Of a stretch of DNA of 64,000 nucleotides, positions 26,270 through 38,650 are shown piece by piece. Source of the stretch: Lama glama (lineage: Eukaryota); NCBI GenBank assembly GCA_028534125.1, contig CM052832.1:22198001-22262000 (forward strand), given 5' to 3'. The translations under genes and the position numbers were made by a program. Within the stretch, counting starts at the first letter, position 1. Each line of letters starts with the position of its first letter. Under the pieces are notes generated by a model that was not told where the DNA came from, did no database searches, and was given only the letters and a program-made list of their open reading frames with translations.

Positions 26270-26510
26270 TAATTTCTATATTTATATTTAAATATAAATA
26301 TTTTTATATATTATACATTTATATTTATAGTTAAATATATTTTATATTATACACTTATATTTATATTTAAATATAAGTATATTTAACACATTTGTTATAT
26401 ATTTATATTAAAATATAACTATTTGATGTTTATTTTATTATATATGCATTATATATGCATTATATATCATATATAATTATATATATGATATATATTATTA
26501 CGTTTAATAT
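26270..26510. repeat. Extremely AT-rich imperfect tandem/low-complexity tract
   Basis: Repeated tatatttatatttaaatata-like units and a tandem tatatgcatta. Confidence 0.9.
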
Positions 26511-26604
26511 TGTCTACCATTATTGCAAATATATTCTTTCTAGGACAACTCCATAGGATATAGTTTTTTTTTTCCTGAGATGAAAAATTTGAAAGCTCAG
26601 AGAG

Positions 26605-26780
26605 GTCAATCTGTATACAGTTCAGGGAGTTTCCACAGAGTGAATACACTCCTGGAACCACTACGCAGGCCAGTAAGGGTAATGTTACCATCACTCATGT
26701 TCCAGTCTCTGCCACACCCTCCTTTCCTAACATGACTACTGTCCCGACTTCTCACAGCACAGATTAGTTTTGCCAGTGCT
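26605..26780 (-). mobile_element. Ancient L1 (L1ME-like) 3' fragment
   Basis: tgtatacagttca...acagagtgaatacac...agattagttttgcc pattern. Confidence 0.55.
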
Positions 26781-27599
26781 GGGATCTGAACTCAGGTTGG
26801 TCTGTCTCCAGAAAACATGCTCTCTCTGCCGCTCCTGGATTCCTTAGATGTTTCAGGTTTGTCCAGGGCATGAGTGCATTGCCCTCTTGTTTGGGGATGC
26901 AGTACTTGGCCCCAGCCTTGATCAGTGGGTCTTATTATAACAACTGAATTGAACTGGCTTTTCTCTCTGGGTGTGTGTGGGGGAGGGGTCACGGCAAGGT
27001 TGGGTCTAGCTCCTGTGGAGGAGAAAGAGGAAGCAGAGGCATGGCTGCGCTTGAAAGGGTCCTGGAAGAGTGTCTTGAATCTGCTTGTGCTTCTGCCGTG
27101 ACCCTTGTGAACTGGCTTAAGAAAGGGACTAGGAGGTGGGGGCAGAAAGACCCCACTCCGTTCCACGGCTTCCGCTCCTCGGGGAGCTGGGTTTTCTTAT
27201 CATTTGCTTTGTGCACCATCTTCTTGGTTTGGAGAGGGTTAAGTATGAACCCTGGGTAAGGAAAAATTGTCTTTTGTGTGGTAACATCTTTGTTTGCCAA
27301 TGATGGTAAAGAGAAAGTCAAGTCACGGGGCTTTAGAGTTTACAAAACCCCTTCACACTCAGCCGGCTTTCCCTTGCTACCAGGTGAATTTTTATTATCC
27401 CTACTTGACTGTTCCTTTGGTTGATCTAGTCTTCATGAGTGGTTTTAATGTGAATTTGTGAATTTCAGTATAATTTAATATCAGGATATATATCTTCCCT
27501 GTTTTATGACACATGTTTAAAAGTCATCCCTCCTGAATTTATGTCTGTTTCTGATGAGTGTCTGAACCATTACAGATGTTTAATGTTCTCATTTCAGTT

Positions 27600-28720
27600 T
27601 CATCTCCACTGACAGTTAAGTGAACCCCTCCTGTGCCCAAGGGTTGGGATACTCAAGGTCACAATGAGTTGGGGAAACAGATACACATGTAGACTTTTAA
27701 TATTATAATTCTGTATGTTAACCTGTTGCACTGGAGACGTGCAGGCAGTGGAGCGATGACTTGTGTTGGGAGTGGGGGTGGGATGAGTAAGGCTATGTCA
27801 GGTGACGTGGGAGCTGAGTCTTCTGATAATTAGGCAGTTTCCAGATAGACCATAGGGTGGAGGAAAGAGTTGCAGGCAGAGGGAGGAGCACGTGGAAAGG
27901 GATCTGGCCTGAAAATGCAGGATGGAGTTCTGGAAAGGGAGCAGTCCAGGGCAGTTTAACCTGGGTGGACATGGAGCATGGCTGGAGGGGGGGGGGGTCC
28001 AGGGAGACAAGGCAGAGCTCAGCCTGGGAAGCACCTTGTGTGCTGGATTCAGGAGCTCTGATGCGACTAGATGGGGACCCACTGGAGACTTTTAAGACAA
28101 ATGACATTTTAGTTGTTTGTTCATGCTACATACACACCAGTGGTGAATGGAACACACATGACCGCCCTTGGCTTGATGGAGCCTTCAGGCTACTAAGGGA
28201 GACAGTAGTTAATCAGATTATCACATAGCTTTATAAGTACAAATTGATGAATTTAAAAAATTTTATTTGTTGCTTTATTACATTTTTACATTTATTTGGA
28301 GGGGGAGGTAATTAGATTTATTTATTTTTTCCTTAATGGAGGTACTGGGGATTGAACCCAGGACCTTGTGCATGCTAAGCATGCACTCTACCACTTAGCT
28401 GTACCCTCCCCTTGATGTTCTGAATGGTGCACATTTGTGTGTATGTGCATTACTAGTTTATACTAGAGGGTGGTCAGGGCCCGTCTGTGAAGGAAGCCAA
28501 GGAGTGCACGTGAGCAGGTGGTAACTGAAGCCTTAGACATCGACAGGGAGGGTCCTGAGCCGAGCACTGGGGATGCTAACGCCGAGGGAGTAGATGGAGG
28601 AAGATGAGCTGAGCAAGAGCCTTGGAGGAATTAACCAGAGAGATGGGAAGAAACCAAAGAGCATGGAAGCCAAGAGAACAAAGTGTCTCAGGAAGGGAGT
28701 GGTCGGCAGTATGGTGATGG
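27600..28720 (-). mobile_element. L2 fragments interrupted by a SINE
   Basis: Degenerate antisense L2 wording; boundaries approximate. Confidence 0.45.
28250..28411 (-). mobile_element. tRNA-Ala-derived camelid SINE (vic-1 type), longest copy
   Basis: Reverse strand GGGTACAGCTAAGTGGTAGAGTGCATGCTTAGCATGCACAAGGTCCTGGGTTCAATCCCCAGTACCTCCA, then tail TAATTACCTCCCCC and A-rich end; short TSD ttgatg. Confidence 0.92.
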
Positions 28721-28797
28721 TTTATATATTAGGAAGATCATTGTGTAAGCAGGTTGGTTTGTGCAGAGGAGAATCTGAACGCAAGACCTTACAGGTC

Positions 28798-28942
28798 CGC
28801 GATTCCCAGCTTTGGCTGCACGTTAGAGTTGCACCTGCCAGGTGCACCCCATACCAATACCAATAAAATCAGAGTACCTGAGGGGTGAGGCTGTGGGCTC
28901 TCCAGGTGATTCCATTATGCTGCCAAAGTTGAGCACTACGGC
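28798..28942. mobile_element. MER5-like hAT MITE
   Basis: tttggctgcacgttaga...ctccaggtgattcc...gccaaagttgagcact. Confidence 0.7.
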
Positions 28943-29139
28943 AGTGGTCCAGGTGAGAAAGGATGAAGGGCTCGAGGTCATGGATGTGACAGTGAAGGGA
29001 TGGGATGGGCTGAGATGTAGATAGGACTTTGTGACCAGTTGCCTGGGTGTGGCGGGGTGAGGGAGAGGAAGAAGGGAAAATGGACTGAGCACACTGCTGT
29101 CATGCACAATAATCTGATCCTCTGTGTTCTTGGTTCCAG

Positions 29140-29235
29140 ATACTCCTTTTTTGTAGCAATGGGATACCTTACAATATGCCACATCAGCCGGATATACATC
29201 TTCCACTATGGAATTCTCACTACAGATTTTTCTGG
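29140..29235 (+). CDS. MBOAT1: MBOAT1 coding exon 4
   Basis: Acceptor ttcttggttccag, donor GG|gtgagt; 96 nt; encodes (R)YSFFVAMGYLTICHISRIYIFHYGILTTDFS(G); overlaps ORF 29039-29239. Confidence 0.96.
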
Positions 29236-29832
29236 GTGAGTATCTTGATTTGGTTGAGGCCAGCTGAACTGCTGACTTTGAATCAGAACCTTGGGGTCTG
29301 TAAAATGCGCACAGAAGAGTCATTGGGGGCTGGTTACATCGGCTGGTAAGACTGCTAATGAATTTAGTTCTGAGGACGTGCGTGTAAGTTATACCAAGTA
29401 TATCTGGTGGATTCCTGCTGACATGGAGACAGGGGATTTTGTTGTTGCTGCCGAGTGCCAAAGTATAGACGTTAGATCTTTACGAAGAGTAATGGAAAGA
29501 GTGAAAGCACATGCTTCTCTGACTGACCACGATGGGTCTGAACAGATACCAGTGAACCTGAAATGAGTCTAGAGGAGTTCCCACTGCCTTCATCTGCAGC
29601 CCTAGGAAGCCTGTGGAACTATGTACTTCCCTCGCTGTGACTCCAGCAGTCCCTTACTTTCTCCCCCCGCGTGCTGGCATAGTTGATAGGAGTTTGGGAG
29701 CATTCTACAGAAGCTGTAATGTCATCACCCCCCTGTTCAGTCATCTAGGGAGCAGGGGATTCGGAGGGGCAGAAGCAACAAGCAGATGAGGAAGTCCAGC
29801 CTGAGCCTCCTGTGTCTCCCTCAGCTGCTGGG

Positions 29833-29905
29833 GCCAGGCCCCGGGCTGCACAGTTTGCATTGTATGTTGGCGCCCCCTGTTGTTGTGCAAGACAGCAGTC
29901 CTGGC
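29833..29905. mobile_element. MER91-like hAT MITE fragment
   Basis: ggcgccccctgttgttgtgcaagacagcagtcctgg resembles a MER91-type terminus. Confidence 0.45.
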
Positions 29906-30410
29906 CTAGGTTGCGGCTGATTGGAAGTTTGCTGTGCTTGGATTCTCCGAACCTGCCAAACTGCTTTCTTGTCTGAATCCTTGCTTTCCTAGGATGTATG
30001 TATTATAAGTGGATTTGTATTATGAACAAAGGATTGATGAAAATATAAAGTATAACTTTTTGGATCTAAAATTACCTGTTGGGGAAAATAAGATCCCTGA
30101 GTGTCAGATGTGGCTCGATGCTGGCCGGCCTGCTGTGATTGGTTGGCTCTTTTGACATCTCTAGCTTATGACTGCATTGTCTCATTGTACCATCGTAGCT
30201 TTACCAGGACAGAGAACTTAAGCATTTTAGGTCCAAAGATTAAGGTACCAGAGGTAGGTTTTATTGGAATGTTGCTCAAAATGGAGTTTCACTTAATGTT
30301 TTAGAAACAGGTTATTTTTCGGTTGGGAGTTGGTATGGAAAATAGAAATGGATGAGTGGGTACCATTTCTGGTAAATTGCCTGAAGTCTGTATCAGAAGG
30401 CATTGAGTGA

Positions 30411-30414
<4 letters not shown>

Positions 30415-30449
<35 letters not shown>
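30415..30449. repeat. (GT)n microsatellite preceded by (GAGT)n
   Basis: Directly visible. Confidence 0.95.
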
Positions 30450-30450
<1 letters not shown>

Positions 30451-31542
30451 TGGGGAGAGTGGCACTGTTGTATCTTTTTACTCCAAACACATCTCCATCT
30501 GCCTGTTTTCCCCTTACTTCATTTCCTCCTATATTTCTTTATCCAAATTACACTAACAATTTTAGGTTCAGGAAGAAAAAACTCATTTTCTTTGGCTTGT
30601 TTGTTTTCAGTCGTGAAAAAAATTCACAGGACAAAGAAGAAGTGGCCCTACCTCAGCCACGCTGGACTCGAACTCTGGTTTCAGATTCGTCACATGGTTC
30701 CCATAAATTCAAGTGCAGGGGCTCTGACTGATGGGTGTGTAAACATCCAAAGACAGGGCCTGCTTCTCAAGGGCTGGGTAAACAGTGCAGCTCAACGCCT
30801 GTTGCCTTTGAGGAAGTCCCTTGGCTGCATGAAGGCGCTTTTCTGTGTCCTTCCTTTGCTTGTACGATGTGCTTGTATCTCTTGGGTTTTGTATTTTTGC
30901 TCCCACCCCAAAAGCATGAATTACATCATAAACCAACAAACATGTCTTCGGTTATATCATGTTTTGATTGAAAGGCAACATGGATGGTGTTTGAGTTTTA
31001 TCATAAGTCAGTGACTATGGATTTGACCCTGGAATCGCGGTACCTTGTGCAGTCCAAGCTTGGCATCTGCCCTACCCACAAGTTTAAATAAATGGATGGA
31101 TGAGAAAGCATTCCGAATGGACTTCCTCTAAGCAGAAGCCTCTGGTGCTCTCCCTGTGCCCGCAGGGAAGTAAGAACGTAGGAGGACTCTCTCCATGTCC
31201 TTTTAGTGAGCAGGCTGTAGTTCTAGTTGGTGGATTTGAGATCTGCTTTTCCACAAGTTATCCGTATGCTGTGTTTTACAAACCCATGATCACATGTGTG
31301 AGTTGTTTCTTATTTAAGTTGCTAGAAACTTCTTCAGATGTTTAAAAGAGTGTATTATTGAGAATACTGTCTGGATGATGTGTAACAATATTTGACCCAT
31401 AGCTTCCCCCCACCGCCAAAAAGGGGTATTTTTTCCTAAAGAATGACAACAATATGTTCTTACATGTGCTCACAGGTGCAGATTTCGTACTGAATAGTTG
31501 TTTTTTTAATTGACATTGAACTAGATATTCAGTACGAGGTAT

Positions 31543-31950
31543 TGCCTTTGTCAGGTTCTCTGAGAAGCAGATGCCAAGGTGGGAACAGACGTATGAGATT
31601 TGTTGAGTGAAATACCTGGGAGGGAAGACCAGGAGGCAGCTGGATGAGGCTGGGGGAGCCATCGGGTTGGAAATGCACGTCTGAGCCCTGAGATGGGAGA
31701 GGGAAGGGACGAAGGGACGTCCTGGGACTGCAGTGCAGGGCTAAGAAAGTTTCAGCGAGTTCAATGATAAGTCCTCGAGCTAGAATTCCGTGGCTGGGGA
31801 GCACCCTGCCTTGTATGGAGGGTCCGCTGGGTACCGTGCTGCGCTCAGTCACCGGCTGAGAGCAGCCTCAGGGAGGTGCGCGCTCAGCACTGGAGCCGGT
31901 CAGTTACACTCCCCCAGCAGCTGATCTGAGAGGTGCGTTCCTGTGCCCAC
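31543..31950 (-). mobile_element. ERVL-class solo LTR (LTR16-like)
   Basis: ggttctctgagaagcagatgccaag...aaagtttcagc...gctcagtcaccggctgagagcagcc wording recalled from LTR16-family consensus. Confidence 0.7.
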
Positions 31951-32480
31951 TGTTTATGTGAATATAAATGCTCTGCTGAACATGTGCCTAATTATGGAAC
32001 ACATGAAATCTAACCTCACATAGAGGAAAACAAATCTTATATTTGTACGGAGAAGGGCAGGCTACTTCCATGACAGATTTCCTTTATTGTTAAATCAATC
32101 TTTTAGGCCCTTTTAAAATGAAGTTGTGGATTAAATCAAATGTAGGAACTTGGTTTGTAAATTGCATAGTCATCAGAATGTGTGGCCTCAAATTACAAAA
32201 AAAAAAAATTTGTGTCAGGCCTTGTGTAAGGAAGGCTAGGACCTGAGGTCCTGGGACTGATTCCTGGGACTTAACAATCTTACAGGGAAAGAAAAAGACA
32301 AAAAGGCTTTGGAAACAAAAACAGTCATATTTGGAAACTACCTTGAATGTGAAGCTTAGGATGAGTCCCTTTCAAGAAAACTAGTTGCTGGCATCTGTTA
32401 CGCATTCTGGGTCAGAGGTCTTATTGAGTATCGGGAAGATGAGCTGCAAAGTTCTATTGGTCTGTCAGACCAAAGTAGTC

Positions 32481-33121
32481 TTTTTTTTTCAATTGAAGTA
32501 TATAGTCAGTTACAATGTGTCAGTTTCTAGTGTGCAGCCCAATGTCCCAGTCATGTGCATACATACATGTATTCATTTTCATATTCTTTTTCATTAAAGG
32601 TTATTACAAGATATTGAATATAGTTCCCTGTGCTATGCAGATGAAATTTGACTTTTTAATCCATTTTTATATTTAGTGGTTAATATTTGCCAATCTCAAA
32701 CTCCCAAATTTATCCCTTCCCACCCCATTTCCCCCAGTAATCATAAGATTGTTTACTACGTTTGCAAGTGTTTCTGTTTTGTAGATGAGTTCATTAGCGT
32801 CCTTTTCTTTCTTCCTTTCTTTTCCACATATAAGTGATATCATAGGGGTTTTTCTTTCTCTTTCTCACTTCCTTCACTTAGAATGACGATCTCCAGGTCC
32901 ACCCATGTTGCTGCAAATGGCGTTATTCTTTCTTCTGGCTGAGAAGAAAAGTATTCCATTGTATAAATACCCCACATCTTCTTTATCCAGTCATCTGTCG
33001 ATGGACATTTGGGTTGCTGCCATGTCTTGGCTATTGTGTATAGTGCTACTATGAACATTGGGGTGCATGTGCCCTTTCAAATCAGAGTTCTCTCTGGATA
33101 TATATGCCCAGGAGTGGGATT
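32481..33121 (-). mobile_element. 5'-truncated L1 (camelid type), ORF2 end plus 3' UTR
   Basis: Minus ORF MFIVALYTIAKTWQQPKCPSTDDWIKKMW...; poly(T) at 32481. Confidence 0.93.
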
Positions 33122-34004
33122 CAAATTGGTTTCATAGGAAGTTTCAATGGTCCTTATTTCTAAAACCCAAGCCTCCATGTTTGGGAAGCAGGGTTTTTTT
33201 GTTCTTTTTTTTCCCCCCAAGGTAAGAGTGTTGTCAAAACCAGTGCCAGCTCTGAGCATGTCTTGCTGCCATAGAACAGCCACTTTGGTGGCTCCCTTGT
33301 CAGCCACACCCACTTCTCCCCAGTTGGGGCAGAGCACCGCCGCCCCTCCCTTCCACAATCAGACTCATTTCCCCTTCTCTTTGCCTCACACAACATGAGG
33401 AATCTTGTTTTCAATGCTGACCATTGAGCTTTTGCAAATAAGATGCAAAGTTGAGCGTTCGTGTTAAGATTTCAAGGGGCGTTCGTTGGTTCTTTTCTTT
33501 AATATAGTTTATCTTATCAGTTTATATTGATAGTGTAAAATATCACATGCTTATTTTAAAGAGATGGAAAATAGAATGAGAACGAGAGGAATTAAAGAAG
33601 GGAACGGGCTTATAGAGAGGTGGCTGAGTGCAGCTGACCTATCAGCTTTGGCCTAAAGGTGGTTTGTGTCCAGTCCCATCCTCCCACACCTGGGCCTGGC
33701 CTGGGCTCAGGGCACAGAGGCTGTGTGGCATCCTAGGGTCATCCCAGGGCTGCTGGTCATAGAATGCTGACCAAAACCTCAGCCTTCTATGCAAATGAGC
33801 CATCAGTCCATATGGGTCAGAGGCAGCAAATTCAGTAAGAAGCCACCAGAGTAGAGATCAGAAAATCAGGCTAAACCAAGAAGGTTTGAAGGAAAGGATG
33901 GTAGTTGGGTAGGGGGATTTTTATCTTGTCTCATTGGGCAAGAGCAGAGATATTAAAGGAACTAAACTAGGCTAGATGATTGGAAAAACAGGCACCATTG
34001 TTAA

Positions 34005-35265
34005 TTGCAGCTTTATGGAGCTATAATTCACATACCATGTAGTTCACCCATTTAAGGTATACAATTCAGCAGGTTTTGACATACACAGAGTGAACTCAGA
34101 GAGTGCAACCATTTACCACAGTTAATTTTACAACATTTTCATCACCCCCAAAGAAGCCTGTATGCAGTAGCTGTCACCCCTCATTTCCTCCCAGCTCCCC
34201 CAGCCTTGGGCAACCAGCAGTCTACTTCATTTCTCTGTGGATTTGCCTCTTCTAGACATTTCAGATAAATGGAATCATATAATATGTGGCCATTTGTGTC
34301 TGGCCTCTTCAACTCAGCATAATATTTTCAAGGTCTATCCACGTTGTGGTGTGTGGATCAGTACTTCATTCTTTTTATTGCTGAGTAATATTCTATCAGA
34401 TAGACATATAACATTTTATTTATCCATCCATCAGTTGATGGGCACTGGGTTTATTTCCTTTTGGGCTGTTATGAATAATGTTGCTCTGAACAGGTGCATA
34501 CATGTTTTTGTGTAGACATATTTTTATTTCTCATGGGTATGTAACTGGGAGTGGAACTGCTTGGTCATACAGTAATTCTACATTTAACCTTTTGAGAAAC
34601 TGCCAGACTGTTTCTCAAGTGGCTGCACCATTTCGTATTCTCACCAGTGATGTAGGAGGGTTCCGGTTCTCCACCTCCTGGCCAGCTCAGCCTGTCTTTT
34701 TGATTCTAGTCGTCCTAGTGCTTATGAAGTGGCATCTCGTTGTTTGGAGCAGCATTTCTCTGGTGGCTGATTACTGTTGAGCATCTTTTCATTTGCTTAT
34801 TCCCCATTTGTATATCTTTTGTTTTAGATCCATTGGCCATTTTTCAATGGGTTATTTCTGTCTTTTTATTGTTGAGTTGTAAGTGTTCTTTATATATTGT
34901 AGTACAAGTTCCTTAGCACATAATGTGATTTGCTCATATTTTCATGCATTCTGTGAAATGTCTTTCCACTTTCTTGACGGTGTGTGTCCTTTGAAGCACA
35001 AAAATTAAGTTTTAATGACACCCATTTAATCTTTTTTTTTTTCTTTTCCTTGTGCTTTCGGTGTTACATCTAGGAAGCCATCACCAACTCTAAGGTCATG
35101 GAGATTTATGCCTGTGTTTTCTTAGAGTTTTATAGTTGTAGCTCTTATATTTAGGTCTTTGACCCATTTTGAATTCCTTTTTGTATTCTTATGTGGCTTT
35201 CTAGTTGTCCCATCACTGTTTGTTGAAAAGTCTGTTCTCGCCTCCATTGAATTATCTTGGCATCC
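34005..35265 (-). mobile_element. Old L1 (L1MB-like) 3' 1.25 kb
   Basis: Typical antisense L1MB text: ttcacccatttaaggtatacaattc...gaaactgccagactgttt...tttgttgaaaag. Confidence 0.9.
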
Positions 35266-35481
35266 TTAGGCTTTTATTTGATGGCTTTTTTCAAATTAAG
35301 ATTCATGTTACTTTTTTGTCAGTAAGTGGTTTACTTACAAGCAGCTACATTTTACGATCCTTTTACGATGGGGTGATTGCCTTTAAACAGAACAAAGCAC
35401 ATTAGACCAGATTAGGATGAAGAAGCCAAACTATGTATCCATCCAGGTGGAACCAGGGCCCGGGAGTAGGTGTCTCCCACA

Positions 35482-35650
35482 CCAGTGCTGCTTGCACTTA
35501 AGGGTGCATTTGAATTCCCTGGAGGCCTTGTTAAAGCGCAGGTTCTCATTTTCTGGGTTTGGAATGGAGTGTGGGATTCCAACGTTTCAAACGAGCTCCA
35601 GGCGGCGCTGGCGGTGCTGGTCCTAGAACTGAGCCGTGAGTAGTAGCGTA
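35482..35650. mobile_element. MER5A-like hAT MITE, degenerate
   Basis: gaattccctggaggccttgttaaagcgcag...aacgagctccaggcg. Confidence 0.65.
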
Positions 35651-35869
35651 AGGGGGGCTTTGCAGTGCGACCTGGTTGTGCAGCATTGTTACAGCTACTG
35701 ATTTAAAGTGATTTGGAAGGGAAATAAAAATTGTTTTCAATTCAGTGTTTTTGTATTTATTCATCTTCAAGATGAAAAACTACCGTGCTCAGAAATGGAA
35801 TAAAAGATTTCCTTTTTCCCTCAGTGGCAAAACCTTGCCGATCTTGACTATTTTCTCTCTTCCTTTTAG

Positions 35870-35925
35870 GCCCCTGATGATTGTCACTCAGAAGATCACA
35901 ACCTTAGCGTTCCAAGTTCATGACG
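35870..35925 (+). CDS. MBOAT1: MBOAT1 coding exon 5
   Basis: Acceptor ttctctcttccttttag, donor G|gtgaga; 56 nt; encodes (G)PLMIVTQKITTLAFQVHD(G). Confidence 0.96.
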
Positions 35926-36762
35926 GTGAGAAAAACACCCTCCTCCTGGTTCTAAGAGCAAGCCTGACATTCAGGGCTCTTCATGAGGCCCAAGTCCAGA
36001 CACGGGCTGGCAGATCTTGCTGTGTCTTGTAAAAAAAAATTTGCAGCATGCTTTAATCACAGCTTTTTACTTTCCCAGCTATTATTTCCCATTTCCCTGC
36101 TGAATCTGGAGTGTTGAGTATTGACATATTTGCATTGAGAACAGTGGGTTTTCTGTCTAGCTTTACAGTGTTTTAAATTTAAGTTAATTTGTGGCACTCT
36201 CTGTCCTTCCTTTCCCAATCTGTTAAGAAGAAATGGCATCCTTTTTCTTTGGTTTAATCTCTGAGATGCTTATGAGGTAATAAGAGTAAACAGCATTGGC
36301 TAGTTGACTTTTTTTGTGGAGGGAGGGCTTGGAAAATTATCTAATGAATTCAGCCTGACCCTATAAAAAGCTGGGAGGAATCTTCTGTTTGTAGAAAACT
36401 GAACCTTTTTTCTCTCAGACCCTTCCTGAAAATGGCCAGAAAGTGTGATTATTGCCACTGTTAAAACTGAGTTACACTTCAGCTGGGCAGGAGATTTCAA
36501 TATGGGCTTAAGAGATGCCAGATGCAATTAAAAGTCTATTCTGCGGATTTGACTGCCTCTGGCACATGCTTTCCGACTGTTGACATTCCCTTGTGTGTTG
36601 ACAGGTTGAGAAGATTTTGCCTCTGCTAGCAGGTCTTCTTGTTTATCCTTAAAGCTCGGAAACTGATTTAATTTCATTTTGACCCTGTTTATTCCTACTT
36701 CATTCTTGGTGATTAGTCATTATGTAGAGAATGGAGTAATTTTATTCCGAGGATGGTCTTTC

Positions 36763-36875
36763 TAGGGTGACCAGTGCTCTTGCCTTGCCCAGAATCGAGA
36801 GTTTCCCGGGGTCTGAGATTTTTTAGTGCCCAAATCGGGAAAGTTCTGGGCAGAGCGGGGTGAGTTGGTCCGTGT
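36763..36875. mobile_element. MER81-like hAT-Blackjack MITE
   Basis: Starts tagggtgacca, ends gagttggtc; internal gtttcccggg...agtgcccaaatcggga. Confidence 0.75.
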
Positions 36876-37361
36876 TTCTGTACCTGAAAACCATTTGGTA
36901 GTGGCTCTAGACAAACATAAGCAACATAAATCGATGGCTAAAATCAATTTAATTTTGGGATTGCTAGAGCTGTATGTACTATTTGATAAGATCTTAGAAA
37001 AAAGTGTGATTTTTTTTTTTAACATCGCTTCTTGGCTTGGTTTTGTTTTGAATACATAGGCTTTTTGACTAAATTCACTTTTTAAAGCATTCTCAGTTTA
37101 CCCTATTTTGGAGGGAATATTGCTTGCATGAAGCAAAATGTTTACTTGCCTTTTTCTTTTTTTTCTTGTGTGTAGGAGGAATAAGTGAATTCCACAAACA
37201 CTTTGTCTTCTCACCATAATCAGTCTTAGCTGAATATATGGGTTTAAAGTCAACCTCCTTTGCTTTTAAGGTGACACTTGGGTTTCCTTGACCCTAAGTT
37301 AACATACATATTTTATAGGAAGCACAGATGTGATCTGGTTGGGAGTTCTATGGCATGGATG

Positions 37362-37751
37362 AGATGGATAGATTGATTGACTGACTGATTGATTTAACAC
37401 CTTTATCGTGGTATGGTTCCTGTACAGTAAACTACACATATTTCAGATGTACAATTTGATGAATTTTGATAAATGGATATACCAACAAAACCACTACCAC
37501 AAGCAAGATAGCTAACATTTCCATCACTCCCTGAGAGGTGCAGTTTTCAAACTCTTGATTTATCCCTTCCTACCCACTTTCCCCTGGTAACCGTGAGTTT
37601 CTTTTCTGTGTTTGTGAGTCTATTTCTGTTTTGTAGATATGTCCATTTGTGTCCTTTTTTTTTTTTGATCAGTATAAGCAATATCATATGGCATTTTTCT
37701 TACTCTTTCTGGCTTACTCCACTTAGAATGACCATCTCCAGGTCCATCCAA
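37362..37751 (-). mobile_element. Composite L1 3' fragment (old-type terminus plus young-type upstream part)
   Basis: Bounded by the direct repeat ggcatggatg (37352-37361, 37752-37761); see findings. Confidence 0.8.
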
Positions 37752-38269
37752 GGCATGGATGGGTTTTAAAAGAAGACAGATCTCCTGACAATCGTTTTGT
37801 GTGTCCCCTGTATTCAGGGTGGCGTCTCCTGTTCTTTTCCTTTCCCTGCCCCTTTCCATCCATCCTCAGCGTAGACTGGCGTCTGCACCAGCGTAATCAG
37901 GGAGGGAGTTAAGCTGGCGCGGGCTGCAGAGGCAGGCTTGTCTGTCACGTAGCAACAAAAGCATGCACAGCATGTTAGGAGTGTATGAGTGTGGAGGGTT
38001 CCCCGGGATCTGTGTTCATACCGTGCGAGTTAAACAGGGGTCACCCTGGAATTCTTCCCTCTTCGTAAGAACCGAAAATGACTTTCCTCCTCAAATGTGT
38101 GTTTACGGGCAGCCCTTTGATCCAGGGCATTTAAAAAAATGGAAAACGAGGACACTTTATGGTTTATGAAACAAAAATCACTTCTTTCAAGTAAGTTTTA
38201 TAAGCTCCTTTTAGGATTAGTGATCTACATCACTTCAAACATCTTATTTCTAAATATTTCTTTCCATAG

Positions 38270-38324
38270 GACTAGGCCGAAGAGCTGAAGACCTTTCCAC
38301 TGAGCAACATCGACTTGCTGTAAA
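38270..38324 (+). CDS. MBOAT1: MBOAT1 coding exon 6
   Basis: Acceptor tttctttccatag, donor AA|gtaagt; 55 nt; encodes (G)LGRRAEDLSTEQHRLAV(K); missed by the ORF track. Confidence 0.94.
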
Positions 38325-38369
38325 GTAAGTTGAATTTAATAATATATTCTCGAGCCCTTTGGGTATCAG

Positions 38370-38650
38370 TCCCCAGAGATTCTCCTTTTTTATATCTGCT
38401 TATTGACTCCATTATATGGATATAATACTGATTTTTTAACGAATCTGCTTTTGATGGACACCAGAGTTGTCTACTAGTCTTTGGCTCTGATCAATGGTAA
38501 GCCACGATAACCTTGTTCATAGGTCATTTCAAATGGGTTTGGGTGTAGCTGTAGGATAGATTCCCAGACGTGAAAGTGCTAGACCAAAGGGTAAATGGCT
38601 CTGTAATTTTGTTAGTTTTGTAGGATTCTCCTTCACTGGGGTGGTTCTGT
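38370..38650 (-). mobile_element. Ancient L1M fragment
   Basis: ttttgatggacacc...taggatagattccc...gtgctagaccaaagggta pattern. Confidence 0.6.

Noticed and set aside
28337..28411. Possible functional tRNA-Ala(AGC) gene (also 7931, 43176, 55512)
   Set aside because: A-rich tails, TSDs and stem-disrupting substitutions indicate SINE copies
28823..29461. 212-aa minus-strand ORF overlapping exon 4
   Set aside because: Antisense shadow running through a MER5 element, intron and exon; no recognisable protein features
30415..31014. 199-aa ORF
   Set aside because: Starts in a GT microsatellite at a non-ATG codon; no splice support or homology recognised
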